From: an uncultured Anaerolineales bacterium | Lineage (GTDB): Bacteria > Chloroflexota > Anaerolineae > UBA7937 > JACPPX01 | Length of the DNA stretch: 64,000 bases | NCBI GenBank assembly: GCA_964348195.1 | Contig: CAYGBX010000002.1 | Coordinates: forward strand, 63,586 to 127,585 | Direction: 5' to 3' | In this document: piece after piece, positions 1 through 9,740 of the stretch | Position numbering within the stretch: position 1 is the stretch's first letter | Layout of the letters: each line of letters starts with the position of its first letter | The notes under the pieces: generated by a model | Databases searched by the model: none | Seen by the model: the letters and a program-made list of their open reading frames with translations, nothing else | What the model was told of the DNA's origin: nothing | Program-made: the position numbers and the translations under genes

Positions 1-486
1 TTGCTGGCGCGAGCGGCCAAGGGATGGGACGATCGCCACCGTCTCTACAGCTACCTGTTGCCTGCGGATCACGTGCTTCTGGCCCCGCATGGGCTGTATG
101 TGATCCTTGCCAAAGCAGTGGATGGGAAGGTTACGTGTGTTGGGGATCGATGGCGCAGAAACCTGAGCCTGCTTCGCCTCCTACGGGGCTTCGGACCGGC
201 GCCGCTAGGAAATCCGACAAGGGAGCTCAACAAGCAGGTCCGGGCAGTGAGAGGATTGATCGGCGGTGCGGAGACGGAGGTCGATGCTGGGGACGAGGCC
301 GGCGATGTACATGGGTTGGTCGTGTTCACGCACCCCCAGATCTACTTGGAGGTTCAGAACCCCAGCGTTCCCGTTATGCCGCTGAGGAGTTTCAAGTCGT
401 ACATGCGCAAACAGGCCCGGCAGAAGAGCCTCTCTGATCCGCTCTATCAGAAGTGGTCGCAGATTCTCGACGGTGCCGCCGCATGA
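1..486 (+). CDS. NERD (nuclease-related domain) protein, C-terminal part; 5' end lies outside the window
   Basis: The ORF is open from the window edge. 'ADHVLLAPHGLYVILAKAVDGKV' resembles the NERD core (DHvli.p.GvfviE.K...G). Confidence 0.5.
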   Translation: MLARAAKGWDDRHRLYSYLLPADHVLLAPHGLYVILAKAVDGKVTCVGDRWRRNLSLLRLLRGFGPAPLGNPTRELNKQVRAVRGLIGGAETEVDAGDEAGDVHGLVVFTHPQIYLEVQNPSVPVMPLRSFKSYMRKQARQKSLSDPLYQKWSQILDGAAA

Positions 487-566
487 ACGCTACTGGGGGG
501 ACGAGGGACGGCCCGAGGGTGGCCTGAGGGACACCGCCAGAGAACCGCAGGGGACGACTGACCTAG

Positions 567-588
567 CAGGGGGCCAGGGCGCCCCCTG
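567..588. terminator. Hairpin between convergent genes (cagggggc-N6-gccccctg)
   Basis: Perfect 8-bp GC stem with a 6-nt loop, between the NERD stop (486) and the S2P stop (598). Confidence 0.5.
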
Positions 589-597
589 TTGCGCTTC

Positions 598-1716
598 CTA
601 TGAGAAGGGAACTGGGATGAAGAGCAGGATGAGGAGGACGCCTGCCAGGCCGGCAACCGCCAGACGAAGCGGGTCGAGGGACGTGATATCGTTCAGCGGA
701 CGAGGGTGGCCGGGGCCGCTCAGCAGAATGAAGAAGGCCCAGATGAACCATCCGTTCCAGACGGAGAACAGCCCCAGCGCCAGCAAGAACAGGAAGGTCA
801 GCTGCGCCACAATGTTGTAGAAGCGGCCGAAGACGGCGTAGGCGACATGCCCTCCGTCCAACTGGCCCGCTGGCAGAAGGTTCACTCCGGTGATGAACAG
901 TCCGATCCATCCGGCGTAGGCCAGGGGATGCAGCCTAATCTCGGTGCCCTCGGGCAGTGAGCCGAAAAGTCCGTCTACGATCAAGTCGAGTAGCAGCGAG
1001 GTGCCCAGAAAGAAGCCGCGGTCCACGCGGACCAGGACGCGGGGCACGACCTCGGAGAGTTCAAGCCCGACGATGAGCACAGGGATCGCCACCACCAGAC
1101 CCGCCAGGGGACCGGCCAGCCCCACATCGAAGAAGGACTTGCGATCTTTGACCGGCGAGTCCATTCGGATGAAGGCCCCGAACGTCCCCAGCCCGAAGGG
1201 GACAGGGATGAAGTAAGGGAGGGTCACCCGAAGTCCTCGCAGCCTACCCACGACGTAGTGGCCCATCTCATGGGTGCCCAGGATCAGGAGCAGCCCGGCG
1301 GCGAAGGGAACGCCCTGCAGCAGGGCAGAGGGCTCCGCCATCGGGTTGAAGCCTCTCTGCGTAGCGCCGGCGAACAGTGTGGTCAGGACAGTGGCCAGGA
1401 GGAGCAGGACGTTGATCAGGATCCGAGATGGCCCCCGGTCCGGGCCGGAGGGGACCACCAAGACGGTGTCCAGGCCAGCTTGTCGCCTGAGGAATGGGAC
1501 GAACCCTTTGACCCGCAGCCGAGGGAGGAGGGTACGGAGGCCAGACTCGGCGTCCACCCTCAGCCGGCCGGTGAAGAGGACTGCCTGGCCACTTCGCGCG
1601 GGGGCGACGCCGGTAATGGCGAGGACTTCTGACACATCCTCTTGTACCTGATCTCCGAGCCCCGCGGCTGCGGAGGTGTCAGTTGGTTCCTCGGGGGGTC
1701 TCCAGGGATACCTCAT
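598..1716 (-). CDS. Site-2 protease family (peptidase M50) membrane metalloprotease
   Basis: HExxH motif 'THEMGHY' inside a polytopic hydrophobic protein. The start overlaps the galK stop by 4 nt. Confidence 0.85.
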   Translation of the reverse strand: MRYPWRPPEEPTDTSAAAGLGDQVQEDVSEVLAITGVAPARSGQAVLFTGRLRVDAESGLRTLLPRLRVKGFVPFLRRQAGLDTVLVVPSGPDRGPSRILINVLLLLATVLTTLFAGATQRGFNPMAEPSALLQGVPFAAGLLLILGTHEMGHYVVGRLRGLRVTLPYFIPVPFGLGTFGAFIRMDSPVKDRKSFFDVGLAGPLAGLVVAIPVLIVGLELSEVVPRVLVRVDRGFFLGTSLLLDLIVDGLFGSLPEGTEIRLHPLAYAGWIGLFITGVNLLPAGQLDGGHVAYAVFGRFYNIVAQLTFLFLLALGLFSVWNGWFIWAFFILLSGPGHPRPLNDITSLDPLRLAVAGLAGVLLILLFIPVPFS

Positions 1717-2933
1717 GCCGCCCTCGTCTGCACCACTCCCTGCCGGTCAGCCGCGTGGGTGACGGAGACGCCAGCCGCCGCCTGGCAGAGGTAGATCTCC
1801 GGACGGAGCCCGCTCGCATCGTGGTAGGCTCGAGCCATGGTTAGTCGAAAGTCTGTCACGGCATCCTCGCGGAGGAGGTTGACGGTGGATCCTCCGAAGC
1901 CGGCGCCGGTGAGCCGGGCACCGTGCACCCCATCGACTGACATCGCTGTCTCTACCAGAAAATCCAGCTCCGACGAACTCACCTCGTAGTCATCGCGGAG
2001 GGAGGCATGGGATTCCTGCATGAGCTGGCCCAGCCGCGAGAGGTCGTCGTCTTCCAAGGCACCAACGGCCTCGGCTACTCGCTCGTTCTCAGTCACCACA
2101 TGCCGGACGCGACGGCGGAGCTTGGGGGGGAGCTGAGAGATGGCCCCATCCAGGTCACGATGGGAGAGATCCCGAAGCGCCTCCACGCCCAGCAGATCCG
2201 CGGCCTGGCGGCACTCCCGCCTTCGGATATTGTACCCCGACTCGCGAAGGCTGCGTCGGCGTCCACTGTCCACCACCGCGATGGTCGCATCCGCGGGGAT
2301 GGGTACCCAGTCGTGCTTCAGGTCGCGACAGTCTATCCAGAGCGCATGTCCGAATCGGGCCAGGAGGGACGCCATCTGGTCCATGATGCCACAACGGACG
2401 CCCACGAACTCCTCCTCCGCTCTCTGGCAGAGCCGCGCCAATTGCTCCGCCGGCATGGTGCTTGTGGATAGCTCCAGGAGGGCGCGCGCAATCGCAGTCT
2501 CCAGCGCGGCGGAGGACCCCAAGCCGGCGCCGCTAGGAAGGTCTCCCGCGACGAGAAGCCCAGATCCTGCCGGCTCGTGTCCTGCTTCCTGTAGCGCCCA
2601 GGCCACCGCCCTCACGTAGTTGCTCCAGTGCGGAGGTTCTGCCGCATTGATCCCCTCGAGAGGGAACACAATCGTCTCATTGAAGCCAACGCTGTGGACC
2701 CGAATCTCGGGGATCGAGAGGGGCGCGGCGAACAGTGTCACGTATCGATCGATGGCGATGGGCAGGACGTACCCTGCGTTGTAGTCAGTGTGCTCCCCTA
2801 TCAGATTGACCCTACCCGGCGACTGAACAACCAGCAGTGGATCCTGGCCGAAGAGGCCGCGGAATTGGTCCAAGGCGGGGTCAGAAGAAGGGGTGGTTTC
2901 CATGGGCGGGGTTCCGATGCGGGTGGCAGCCAT
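1713..2933 (-). CDS. galK: Galactokinase (GHMP kinase)
   Basis: 'GRVNLIGEHTDYNAGYVLPIAI' and 'PSGAGLGSSAALE' signatures. The 524-aa track ORF is N-terminally over-extended; likely starts are ATG 2933 or ATG 2903. Confidence 0.9.
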   Translation of the reverse strand: MAATRIGTPPMETTPSSDPALDQFRGLFGQDPLLVVQSPGRVNLIGEHTDYNAGYVLPIAIDRYVTLFAAPLSIPEIRVHSVGFNETIVFPLEGINAAEPPHWSNYVRAVAWALQEAGHEPAGSGLLVAGDLPSGAGLGSSAALETAIARALLELSTSTMPAEQLARLCQRAEEEFVGVRCGIMDQMASLLARFGHALWIDCRDLKHDWVPIPADATIAVVDSGRRRSLRESGYNIRRRECRQAADLLGVEALRDLSHRDLDGAISQLPPKLRRRVRHVVTENERVAEAVGALEDDDLSRLGQLMQESHASLRDDYEVSSSELDFLVETAMSVDGVHGARLTGAGFGGSTVNLLREDAVTDFRLTMARAYHDASGLRPEIYLCQAAAGVSVTHAADRQGVVQTRAA

Positions 2934-3083
2934 TATAGTTGCGGCGCATTGCGTCGGACAAATCGGGTGCCGAGGCGATGGGATCCGGCTTTGGGGGCGG
3001 CCTCGGTTGCGGGCGGATGAAGGGCGATAGTATAATGGACGGGGAGGAGTGAGGGCCGGCTTGGCTGGCGCAGAGGGTGCCCT

Positions 3084-3509
3084 GTGGTCTGGGAGGGTGG
3101 CGGAGGTGGTCCTCCGGGTCCGTCGCTGAGCCTGATCGGCCGCATCGGCCGTGAGGCGCAGCTGGTCAGCCGGCTCCTTCTTGACGGGCGGGTCCCCCTG
3201 TGGACCAAGCTGATCGTGCCCGGTTCCCTCATCTACCTTCTGTCCCCTTTGGACTTCATCTCCGATCCCCTTCTCGGGTTGGGCCAACTGGATGACTTGG
3301 CTGTGTTGGTGGTGGCCGTGCGGACGTTCGTTGCACTGTCACCTCCAGAGGTCGTCCGGGAGCACCTTCAGGAGCTCTCCTCGCTGAGCGTGCGGTACCG
3401 GATCGTGGATGAGGCTGAGGAGCCCGCGAAGGCACAAGGGGATCCGGAGGGCCGACGCGTCCTGGAACCGGCGACCAGGGAGACCGAGGAGATTGAAGAC
3501 CGCGGGTGA
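3084..3509 (+). CDS. DUF1232 (YkvA-like) small membrane protein
   Basis: '[28 protein letters not shown]' matches the DUF1232 core. GTG 3084 is the first in-frame start after a stop at 3033. Confidence 0.6.
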   Translation: MVWEGGGGGPPGPSLSLIGRIGREAQLVSRLLLDGRVPLWTKLIVPGSLIYLLSPLDFISDPLLGLGQLDDLAVLVVAVRTFVALSPPEVVREHLQELSSLSVRYRIVDEAEEPAKAQGDPEGRRVLEPATRETEEIEDRG

Positions 3510-3525
3510 TCGACTTGAGGAGCAG

Positions 3526-4431
3526 ATGGCGATGCCGGGAGAGATGACTATGGAAAAGTCCACCTGGAAGACCAAGAGGGGCCTCGCCCAGATGATGAAG
3601 GGTGGGGTGATCATGGACGTCACCACCCCCGAGCAGGCGACGATCGCGGAGGAGGCGGGGGCGGTCGCGGTCATGGCACTGGAGAGGGTGCCGGCCGATA
3701 TCCGGGCGGAGGGCGGAGTTGCCCGAATGGCCGGACCGGAGCGGGTGCTCGCCATCATGGAGGCCGTCACAATCCCTGTGATGGCCAAGGTGCGGATCGG
3801 CCATTTCGTGGAGGCCCAGGTTCTGGAGTCCCTAGGGGTCGACTACATCGATGAGTCAGAGGTGCTGACCCCTGCCGACGAGGAGCACCACATCGACAAG
3901 CATCAGTTTCGGGTGCCATTCGTGTGCGGCTGCCGAGATCTCGGCGAGGCCCTGCGCCGCATAGCGGAGGGAGCCGCTATGATCCGTACGAAGGGGGAGG
4001 CCGGGACGGGCAATGTGGTCGAGGCGGTCCGGCATGCTCGGAGCGTGCTGGGAGGCATCCGCAGGCTGCAATCCCTCCCTACGGAGGAGCGAGTCGCGGC
4101 CGCCAAGGAGCTCGGCGCCCCCTATGATCTCGTGTCAGAGGTTGCGGACGCGGGTCGGCTCCCCGTGGTCAACTTTGCTGCGGGCGGTCTGGCCACACCC
4201 GCCGATGCGGCTCTCATGATGCAGCTGGGCCTGGACGGCGTGTTTGTTGGTTCGGGAATCTTCAAGTCGGAAGACCCGGCACAGCGTGCCAAGGCCATCG
4301 TGGAAGCCACGACCCACTACCAGGACCCAAGCATCATCGCGGATGTCTCAAAGGGCTTGGGTGCACCGATGAAGGGCCTGGAGATGGAGGAGATCTCGGA
4401 GGAGGAGCTACTGGCCGTCCGCGGCTGGTAG
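3526..4431 (+). CDS. pdxS: Pyridoxal 5'-phosphate synthase, lyase subunit PdxS
   Basis: '[42 protein letters not shown]'. ATG 3526 is preceded by GAGGAG; the track ORF from 3409 is over-extended. Confidence 0.95.
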   Translation: MAMPGEMTMEKSTWKTKRGLAQMMKGGVIMDVTTPEQATIAEEAGAVAVMALERVPADIRAEGGVARMAGPERVLAIMEAVTIPVMAKVRIGHFVEAQVLESLGVDYIDESEVLTPADEEHHIDKHQFRVPFVCGCRDLGEALRRIAEGAAMIRTKGEAGTGNVVEAVRHARSVLGGIRRLQSLPTEERVAAAKELGAPYDLVSEVADAGRLPVVNFAAGGLATPADAALMMQLGLDGVFVGSGIFKSEDPAQRAKAIVEATTHYQDPSIIADVSKGLGAPMKGLEMEEISEEELLAVRGW

Positions 4432-4436
4432 ACGAC

Positions 4437-5048
4437 GTGGCCCGGATCGGAGTTCTGGCCCTTCAGGGTGATTTTGCCGAGCACTGTCAAGTCCTGGATC
4501 GACTGGGGTCGGACGCGATCGAGGTGCGTCTTCCGAGACACCTCGACGGACTCGATGGGTTGATCATCCCCGGCGGAGAAAGCACCGCCATCGGCCGGCT
4601 AGCCGCTGGCTACGGTTTGGTGGAGCCTATCCGTCGGTTTGCCGGTGAGGGATTCCCCATCTGGGGAACCTGCGCCGGCATGATCCTACTGGCCAAGGAT
4701 ATCGGGGGCGGCAGCCCGCCGCTGATACGCTTGATGGATCTGACCGTAGAGCGGAACGCCTACGGGAGGCAGCTGGACAGCTTCGAGGCAGAAGTGGAGG
4801 CGCCCGCCCTCGATGCCATTTCCGATGAGGAGGAGCGGGGAAGAGGTTTCCCCGGAGTCTTCATCCGAGCGCCGGCCATTCGTCAGTGGGGGGATGGCGT
4901 GGAGGTTCTGGCTACGCTGACGGACGGACAGGGTAACGGAGAGCCCGTGGCGGTGCTCCAGGGATCGCTTCTGGGCACGACGTTTCATCCCGAGCTCACT
5001 AACGACTCGCGATTCCACCGCTACTTCCTTCGCTTGGCGGAGAGGTGA
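4437..5048 (+). CDS. pdxT: Pyridoxal 5'-phosphate synthase, glutaminase subunit PdxT
   Basis: 'IGVLALQGDFAEH', 'IIPGGESTAI', 'GTCAGMILLA'. Lies immediately after pdxS. Confidence 0.95.
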   Translation: MARIGVLALQGDFAEHCQVLDRLGSDAIEVRLPRHLDGLDGLIIPGGESTAIGRLAAGYGLVEPIRRFAGEGFPIWGTCAGMILLAKDIGGGSPPLIRLMDLTVERNAYGRQLDSFEAEVEAPALDAISDEEERGRGFPGVFIRAPAIRQWGDGVEVLATLTDGQGNGEPVAVLQGSLLGTTFHPELTNDSRFHRYFLRLAER

Positions 5049-5105
5049 GGATCTGGGTCGAGGCCCGTTTTGCCCGACCACTCATGATGCGCCCGGCCGT
5101 ACCGC

Positions 5106-6221
5106 GTGGATCATCCGTTCGATGAGGCCTGCGGCCTGCCGATCCATCATAGAGACAGGCAGTCGCTGGGCCTGTCCAAGGAAGATTCTCTTGACGTGAG
5201 TGTCAGGGCGTTCCGGCTATCGGATATTCTCTTGCTGCGTAGACTGGGCAGCCGCGGCATGCGGCTGGATCTGGAGACTGCGCTTCTGGGACGCAACGCA
5301 CCGCTCTGGGAGACGCTTCTGGGAAGGCTGCCTCTCAGGGGGAGGCCCAGCTTCACCTACATGCTCGAAGAGCGCGGCTCGGTGGGCGGGTTCATCCAGG
5401 CCCGGTCGGGACAGAGCGGTCTGGACTGTGATGTGGTTTTCATGGCGCCTTCGCTGGATGGCGTTCCCGACGGTCCTGATCTCTGGAAGAAACTGCTGGC
5501 CCACCTGGTCCGCGAAATGGGGGAGCGCGGCGTACACCTCCTCTTTGCTCGAGTGCCGACTTGGGAGGAGGAGGCCATCGATGTGTTGCGGGAGGAGGGG
5601 TTCGGTGCATACACCCGACGTCAGATCTTCCGGCTGGATCCCGCCTTGGCGTCGTCTGCATCGGATCAGACCGGTGCCTCCTGGAGGCGGCGGAGTCGTC
5701 GGGACGACTGGGGACTTCGTCGATTGTACCGAACCGTAACCCCCCGGCTTGTGCAACAGGCGGAGGGACTGGAGCGGCACAACCGCGGCCTCATGCCTAC
5801 GAGCGTCTGGATTGGGGGGCGGATGCGGGAATATGTGGCCGAGCGCGATGGGGAATTGATCGCCTACCTACGGATGCTGCGAGGCCCCGAAGGCCACTGG
5901 CTGAGGGCCATCATCCATCCGGAGGCGGAAGAGGAGGGCGTGGAGCTCCTCAGTCAGATGTTGCCGACCTCATCCGACGGACTCGGCCGCCCGCTATACT
6001 GTGCTGCACGGGAGTACGAGCTGGGGTTGAAGCGCGCGCTAGAAGAGACTGGATTCCGTCCATTCGCTGAGGAGCTTCTCATGGTCAAACACACGACGGC
6101 CGTGGTGGGAGCCCCGGAGGTTCAGACCGTCTCCGGCCTGGAGCGAGAGGTGGAAGGGGTGACCACCGCTACGCGGTCTCCGGCGCGTCGGGACCGTCCT
6201 CGAGAGGGAGATGTGGCCTAG
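5106..6221 (+). CDS. Hypothetical protein, possibly two GNAT-like folds
   Basis: Two segments have acetyltransferase-like endings ('EEGFGAYTRRQIFRL', 'ETGFRPFAEELLMVKH') but no clean Q/RxxGxG/A motif. An alternative GTG start is at 5196. The stop overlaps the next gene's start. Confidence 0.4.
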   Translation: MDHPFDEACGLPIHHRDRQSLGLSKEDSLDVSVRAFRLSDILLLRRLGSRGMRLDLETALLGRNAPLWETLLGRLPLRGRPSFTYMLEERGSVGGFIQARSGQSGLDCDVVFMAPSLDGVPDGPDLWKKLLAHLVREMGERGVHLLFARVPTWEEEAIDVLREEGFGAYTRRQIFRLDPALASSASDQTGASWRRRSRRDDWGLRRLYRTVTPRLVQQAEGLERHNRGLMPTSVWIGGRMREYVAERDGELIAYLRMLRGPEGHWLRAIIHPEAEEEGVELLSQMLPTSSDGLGRPLYCAAREYELGLKRALEETGFRPFAEELLMVKHTTAVVGAPEVQTVSGLEREVEGVTTATRSPARRDRPREGDVA

Positions 6222-7722
6222 CGGCATGCAGCCTGAGATCACCGACGACCTGGATGCGCTCCTAGAGGTGCTGCCACCTTCCATCGCCGCTGTTGTGGGA
6301 GGTCTGGAGGACCGGGAGGAGCTGCTCGAGGTCGTGATGGATCTGGGGCGACCCCCGGAGGCTCGGCTGGTGAGTCGGGAGGTGGTTCTGGATCCCCAGG
6401 AGGTGAGTCCGGAGGTTCTGGACGACCTCGTCTCCCGTATTGGGGACTTCGGAGATGACAACCGAGCGGGGATCGAGCGGACGCTGCACCGCATCTCGGC
6501 CATCCGCAATCGTGCGGGGAGCATCGTAGGACTCACCCTCCGAGTCGGTCGCGCAGTCTACGGCACCATCGACATCATTCGAGACATCGTGGAGAGCGGC
6601 AAGAGCATCCTGCTGTTGGGGCGTCCCGGCGTGGGCAAGACCACCATGCTCCGCGAAGTGGCGAGGGTGCTGGGTGAGAAGAGCCGGGTGGTGATCGTCG
6701 ATACCTCCAATGAGATAGCCGGGGATGGAGACATTCCCCATCCCGCGATCGGCCGGGCCCGTCGGATGCAGGTCCCTGCGCCGAATCTTCAGCATGAGGT
6801 GATGATCGAGGCTGTGGAGAATCACATGCCCGAGGTCATCATCATCGATGAGATCGGTCGGGAGCTGGAGGCGCAGGCCGCGCGGACGATCGCCGAGCGA
6901 GGAGTCCAGCTCATCGGAACCGCGCACGGAAACACCTTGGAGAATCTTCTGATCAACCCGACGCTGGCTGACCTGGTAGGAGGGATCGAGTCGGTGACCC
7001 TGTCAGACGAGGAGGCCAGGCGGCGAGGGAGTCAGAAGGCGGTTCTGGAGCGCCGGGCTCCCCCCACCTTCGATGTTGTGGTGGAGATCCAGGAGCGGGA
7101 CCAGTTGGCCATTCGACACGAGGTGAGCAAGGCGGTGGATGCGCTGTTGCGCGGCAGGGAGCTTCCCGCTGAGGTGAGATATCGTGATGAGGCGGGGGAG
7201 ATCCACAAGGGGGAGGCGCTTCTGGCGAGCGGCGCGATGGAACACGAGCCGGCGACTCCACTGCGAAGGGTTCGGATCTTTCCCTACGGGCTGAACCACA
7301 AGCGATTGGCTCAGGCGGCGCGGGCCATGAACGTCCCGCTGGAGGTGGTGGAGGAATTGGAGGAAGCGGAGACGGTCCTGACCCTGAGGAACTACTACCG
7401 AAGGCGACCCCGCCGCATCAGCGAGGCGGAGGAGCGGGGCATCCCGGTGTATGTGCTTCGCAACAACACCGTCCGGCAAATGGAGATGGCCCTGGCCGAT
7501 CTCTTCGGGCTAGAAGTGGAGGTGGATCGCCTGGAGACCGCCCTGGACGAGGCACAAGTGGCTATCCAGGAGGTACTGGCCGGGCGCCGCTCCGTCGAGC
7601 TATCCCCTCAAGAACCGTTCATCCGGCGGCAGCAGCACGAGATGGCACGCCAGGCGAACCTCGTCTCTCGGAGTCGGGGCAAGGAGCCCAGGCGTCGGGT
7701 CCGCATCTATCAGGGAGGATAG
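6211..7722 (+). CDS. Ycf45 / SpoIIIAA-like P-loop ATPase with a C-terminal R3H-type nucleic-acid-binding region
   Basis: Walker A 'GRPGVGKTT', Walker B 'VIIIDEIG', 'GTAHGNTLENLL', and a basic C-terminus 'SRSRGKEPRRRVRIY'. Confidence 0.75.
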   Translation: MWPSGMQPEITDDLDALLEVLPPSIAAVVGGLEDREELLEVVMDLGRPPEARLVSREVVLDPQEVSPEVLDDLVSRIGDFGDDNRAGIERTLHRISAIRNRAGSIVGLTLRVGRAVYGTIDIIRDIVESGKSILLLGRPGVGKTTMLREVARVLGEKSRVVIVDTSNEIAGDGDIPHPAIGRARRMQVPAPNLQHEVMIEAVENHMPEVIIIDEIGRELEAQAARTIAERGVQLIGTAHGNTLENLLINPTLADLVGGIESVTLSDEEARRRGSQKAVLERRAPPTFDVVVEIQERDQLAIRHEVSKAVDALLRGRELPAEVRYRDEAGEIHKGEALLASGAMEHEPATPLRRVRIFPYGLNHKRLAQAARAMNVPLEVVEELEEAETVLTLRNYYRRRPRRISEAEERGIPVYVLRNNTVRQMEMALADLFGLEVEVDRLETALDEAQVAIQEVLAGRRSVELSPQEPFIRRQQHEMARQANLVSRSRGKEPRRRVRIYQGG

Positions 7723-7734
7723 GAGACCGAGCCG

Positions 7735-8367
7735 TTGCGGGTGAACCTGGGGAACGGGTTCTTGCTGGCCATTGAGGGGATCGACCAGTCCGGGAAGAAG
7801 ACCCTGGCACGTGCACTCTTGTCGCGGCTAGAGGCGCGAGGAATCGATGCCGTGGCCGTCTCCTTCCCCGACTATCGCACTCGCATTGGCAATGAGATCC
7901 GCGCCTATCTGGAAGGGACGGAGGATTCTCTTCCCGAGGTGCGGAGTTTGCTTTTCGCCGCCAACCGCTGGGAGAGGAGCAAGGAAATCGGTTCCTGGCT
8001 CTCGGAGGGGAAGGTTGTGGTGGCCAACCGGTATCGGGGTTCGGGGGTGGCCTACGGGATGGCGCATGGCCTGGAGAAGAAGTGGCTATGGGGTCTGGAA
8101 CGTGGCCTGCCGGTCGAGGACCGAACCATCCTGATCGAGATCCCGGCCGAGATCTCCTTCGCTCGCAAGCGGCAAGGGCGGGATGCCTACGAAGAGCAGA
8201 CCGAGCTATTGGAGCGAGTGGGAGTGGCCTACCGGGAACTCGCCATGGAGGAGGGATGGTTGGTCCTCGATGGGGATCAGACCATCGACGCTTTGACAGA
8301 CCGGATCTGGCACGAGACCGGGCATCTGCTGCTCGCCCGCGTGGGTGCGGAGGCCAAGAACCGGTGA
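7735..8367 (+). CDS. tmk: dTMP (thymidylate) kinase
   Basis: 'IEGIDQSGKKT' P-loop, 'DRY..S..AYG'-like 'ANRYRGSGVAYG'. TTG start. Confidence 0.9.
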   Translation: MRVNLGNGFLLAIEGIDQSGKKTLARALLSRLEARGIDAVAVSFPDYRTRIGNEIRAYLEGTEDSLPEVRSLLFAANRWERSKEIGSWLSEGKVVVANRYRGSGVAYGMAHGLEKKWLWGLERGLPVEDRTILIEIPAEISFARKRQGRDAYEEQTELLERVGVAYRELAMEEGWLVLDGDQTIDALTDRIWHETGHLLLARVGAEAKNR

Positions 8368-8383
8368 ACCGCTCCCGGGGCCT

Positions 8384-8746
8384 CTAGAGGCCGTCCTCCA
8401 GACCCTCCATGCTCTGTTCTATCTCCTCGGGAGTCTCCCCCGCCTCCATCCTGCCCACCATTTCATCAAACTCGGGGCCGAGATCCTCGCCCGCGGCCTC
8501 GCCCATCTGGCGCATCCAGCGAGCCATGGCCTTGGGATCGCCTTCGTCCAGCCCGGCCAGAGAGGAAGGATCTGCCAAGCTGTCAAGGCTCGCATCCTCT
8601 GATCTCAGGAGGGATACCCGCGAGATCAGGCGCCGCAGATCTTCACTCTGGCAGTGCGGGCAGCGAGGAAGATCGGACGCGGAGAAGGGGCGCAGGAGAG
8701 AGACATGACGATGGCAGTTACGGCAACGATACTCGTAGATGGGCAT
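8384..8746 (-). CDS. FmdB-family zinc-ribbon protein with an acidic C-terminal tail
   Basis: 'MPIYEYRCRNCH...CPHCQS' (CxxC...CxxC). The start is set at the MPIYEY methionine, as is typical for the family. Confidence 0.75.
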   Translation of the reverse strand: MPIYEYRCRNCHRHVSLLRPFSASDLPRCPHCQSEDLRRLISRVSLLRSEDASLDSLADPSSLAGLDEGDPKAMARWMRQMGEAAGEDLGPEFDEMVGRMEAGETPEEIEQSMEGLEDGL

Positions 8747-8826
8747 CGGGCGGCCCTCAGGTCCGACGATTATAGGGGCGCCGCAGCCGCGCCTGCAATG
8801 GGTTCGCGGCTCCGGCAAGGAGGGCG

Positions 8827-9126
8827 GTGAGCGTGGAACTTCTTCATGTGGGCTTCGGGGGCACCCTCGTAGCCAGGCGGATTGTCGCCGTGTGCGACCC
8901 AGACACGTCTCCCATCAAGCGGATGGTGCGGACAGCGAAGGCTGAAGGACGGGTGATCGATCTCACCTACGGGCGCCGGACTGGCACGGCAATTATCCTG
9001 GACACTGGGCAGGTCGCGCTCGCTGCGCTCCAGCCCGAGACCATCGTCGGCCGGCTGAAGCAAGGTGTGGAGCCAGACCGTCGGTACGGCTCCACCGTGC
9101 CGCGAAGGGGCGATCGCCAACGATGA
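8827..9126 (+). CDS. remA: RemA/DUF370 family regulator
   Basis: 'LLHVGFGGTLVARRIVAVCDPDTSPIKRMV...DLTYGRRT...LQPETIVGRL' is close to B. subtilis RemA. ATGA overlap with gmk, the same synteny as in Firmicutes. Confidence 0.85.
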   Translation: MSVELLHVGFGGTLVARRIVAVCDPDTSPIKRMVRTAKAEGRVIDLTYGRRTGTAIILDTGQVALAALQPETIVGRLKQGVEPDRRYGSTVPRRGDRQR

Positions 9127-9740
9127 CCGTCCCCGAACCCGACCTTCGCCGGCGCCCTGTGCTTCTTGTGCTATCCGGACCATCAGGGGTGGGCAAGGAC
9201 GCAGTGGTGCGAGGAGTGACCGCCCAGGACCCTCTGCTGCGCTTCGTGGCGACTGTCACCGATCGGCCCCGCCGACCTGAGGAGAAGGACGGTGTGGACT
9301 ACCGCTTCGTTACCAGTGACACTTTCCAGGAGATGATTGATGGGGGAGATCTGCTGGAGCACGCCGTAGTCTACGGTCAAAACAAGGGGATCCCAAAGGC
9401 AGATGTGCGTGATGCCCTCGCCCGAGGAGAGGACGTGATCCTGCGCGTGGACGTGCAGGGTGCGCGAACGGTGAAGTCCTTGATCGCGGAGGCCGCGACC
9501 GTATTCCTTGCTCCGCCGTCTATGGAAGCCCTGATCGCGAGGCTGAGCGGTCGAAAGACGGAGGGAGGTGCTGAGGTGGAGAAGCGGATCGACACCGCCC
9601 GGCAGGAGATGGAGGCGCTGCCCGACTTCGACTACCTGGTGGTCAACCGAGATGGACAACTGGACGAGGCCGTGCGTCAGGTTCTCGCCATCCTCGAGGC
9701 GGAGCGGTGTCGAACCAACCGCCCTCCGATAAAGATCTGA
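9123..9740 (+). CDS. gmk: Guanylate kinase
   Basis: 'LSGPSGVGKD' P-loop, 'DGVDYRFV', 'LEHAVVYGQNKG'. Confidence 0.93.
   Translation: MTVPEPDLRRRPVLLVLSGPSGVGKDAVVRGVTAQDPLLRFVATVTDRPRRPEEKDGVDYRFVTSDTFQEMIDGGDLLEHAVVYGQNKGIPKADVRDALARGEDVILRVDVQGARTVKSLIAEAATVFLAPPSMEALIARLSGRKTEGGAEVEKRIDTARQEMEALPDFDYLVVNRDGQLDEAVRQVLAILEAERCRTNRPPIKI

Noticed and set aside
1713-3287. Over-long N-terminal extensions of track ORFs (galK 524 aa; also pdxS from 3409, surE from 15283, nucleotidyltransferase from 25032, gap from 54118, CBS from 53750, SBP from 39718, pnp from 35410)
   Set aside because: The extensions overlap upstream genes or promoters and are low-complexity. The family-typical N-termini begin at internal starts preceded by SD sequences, so I trimmed the coordinates.
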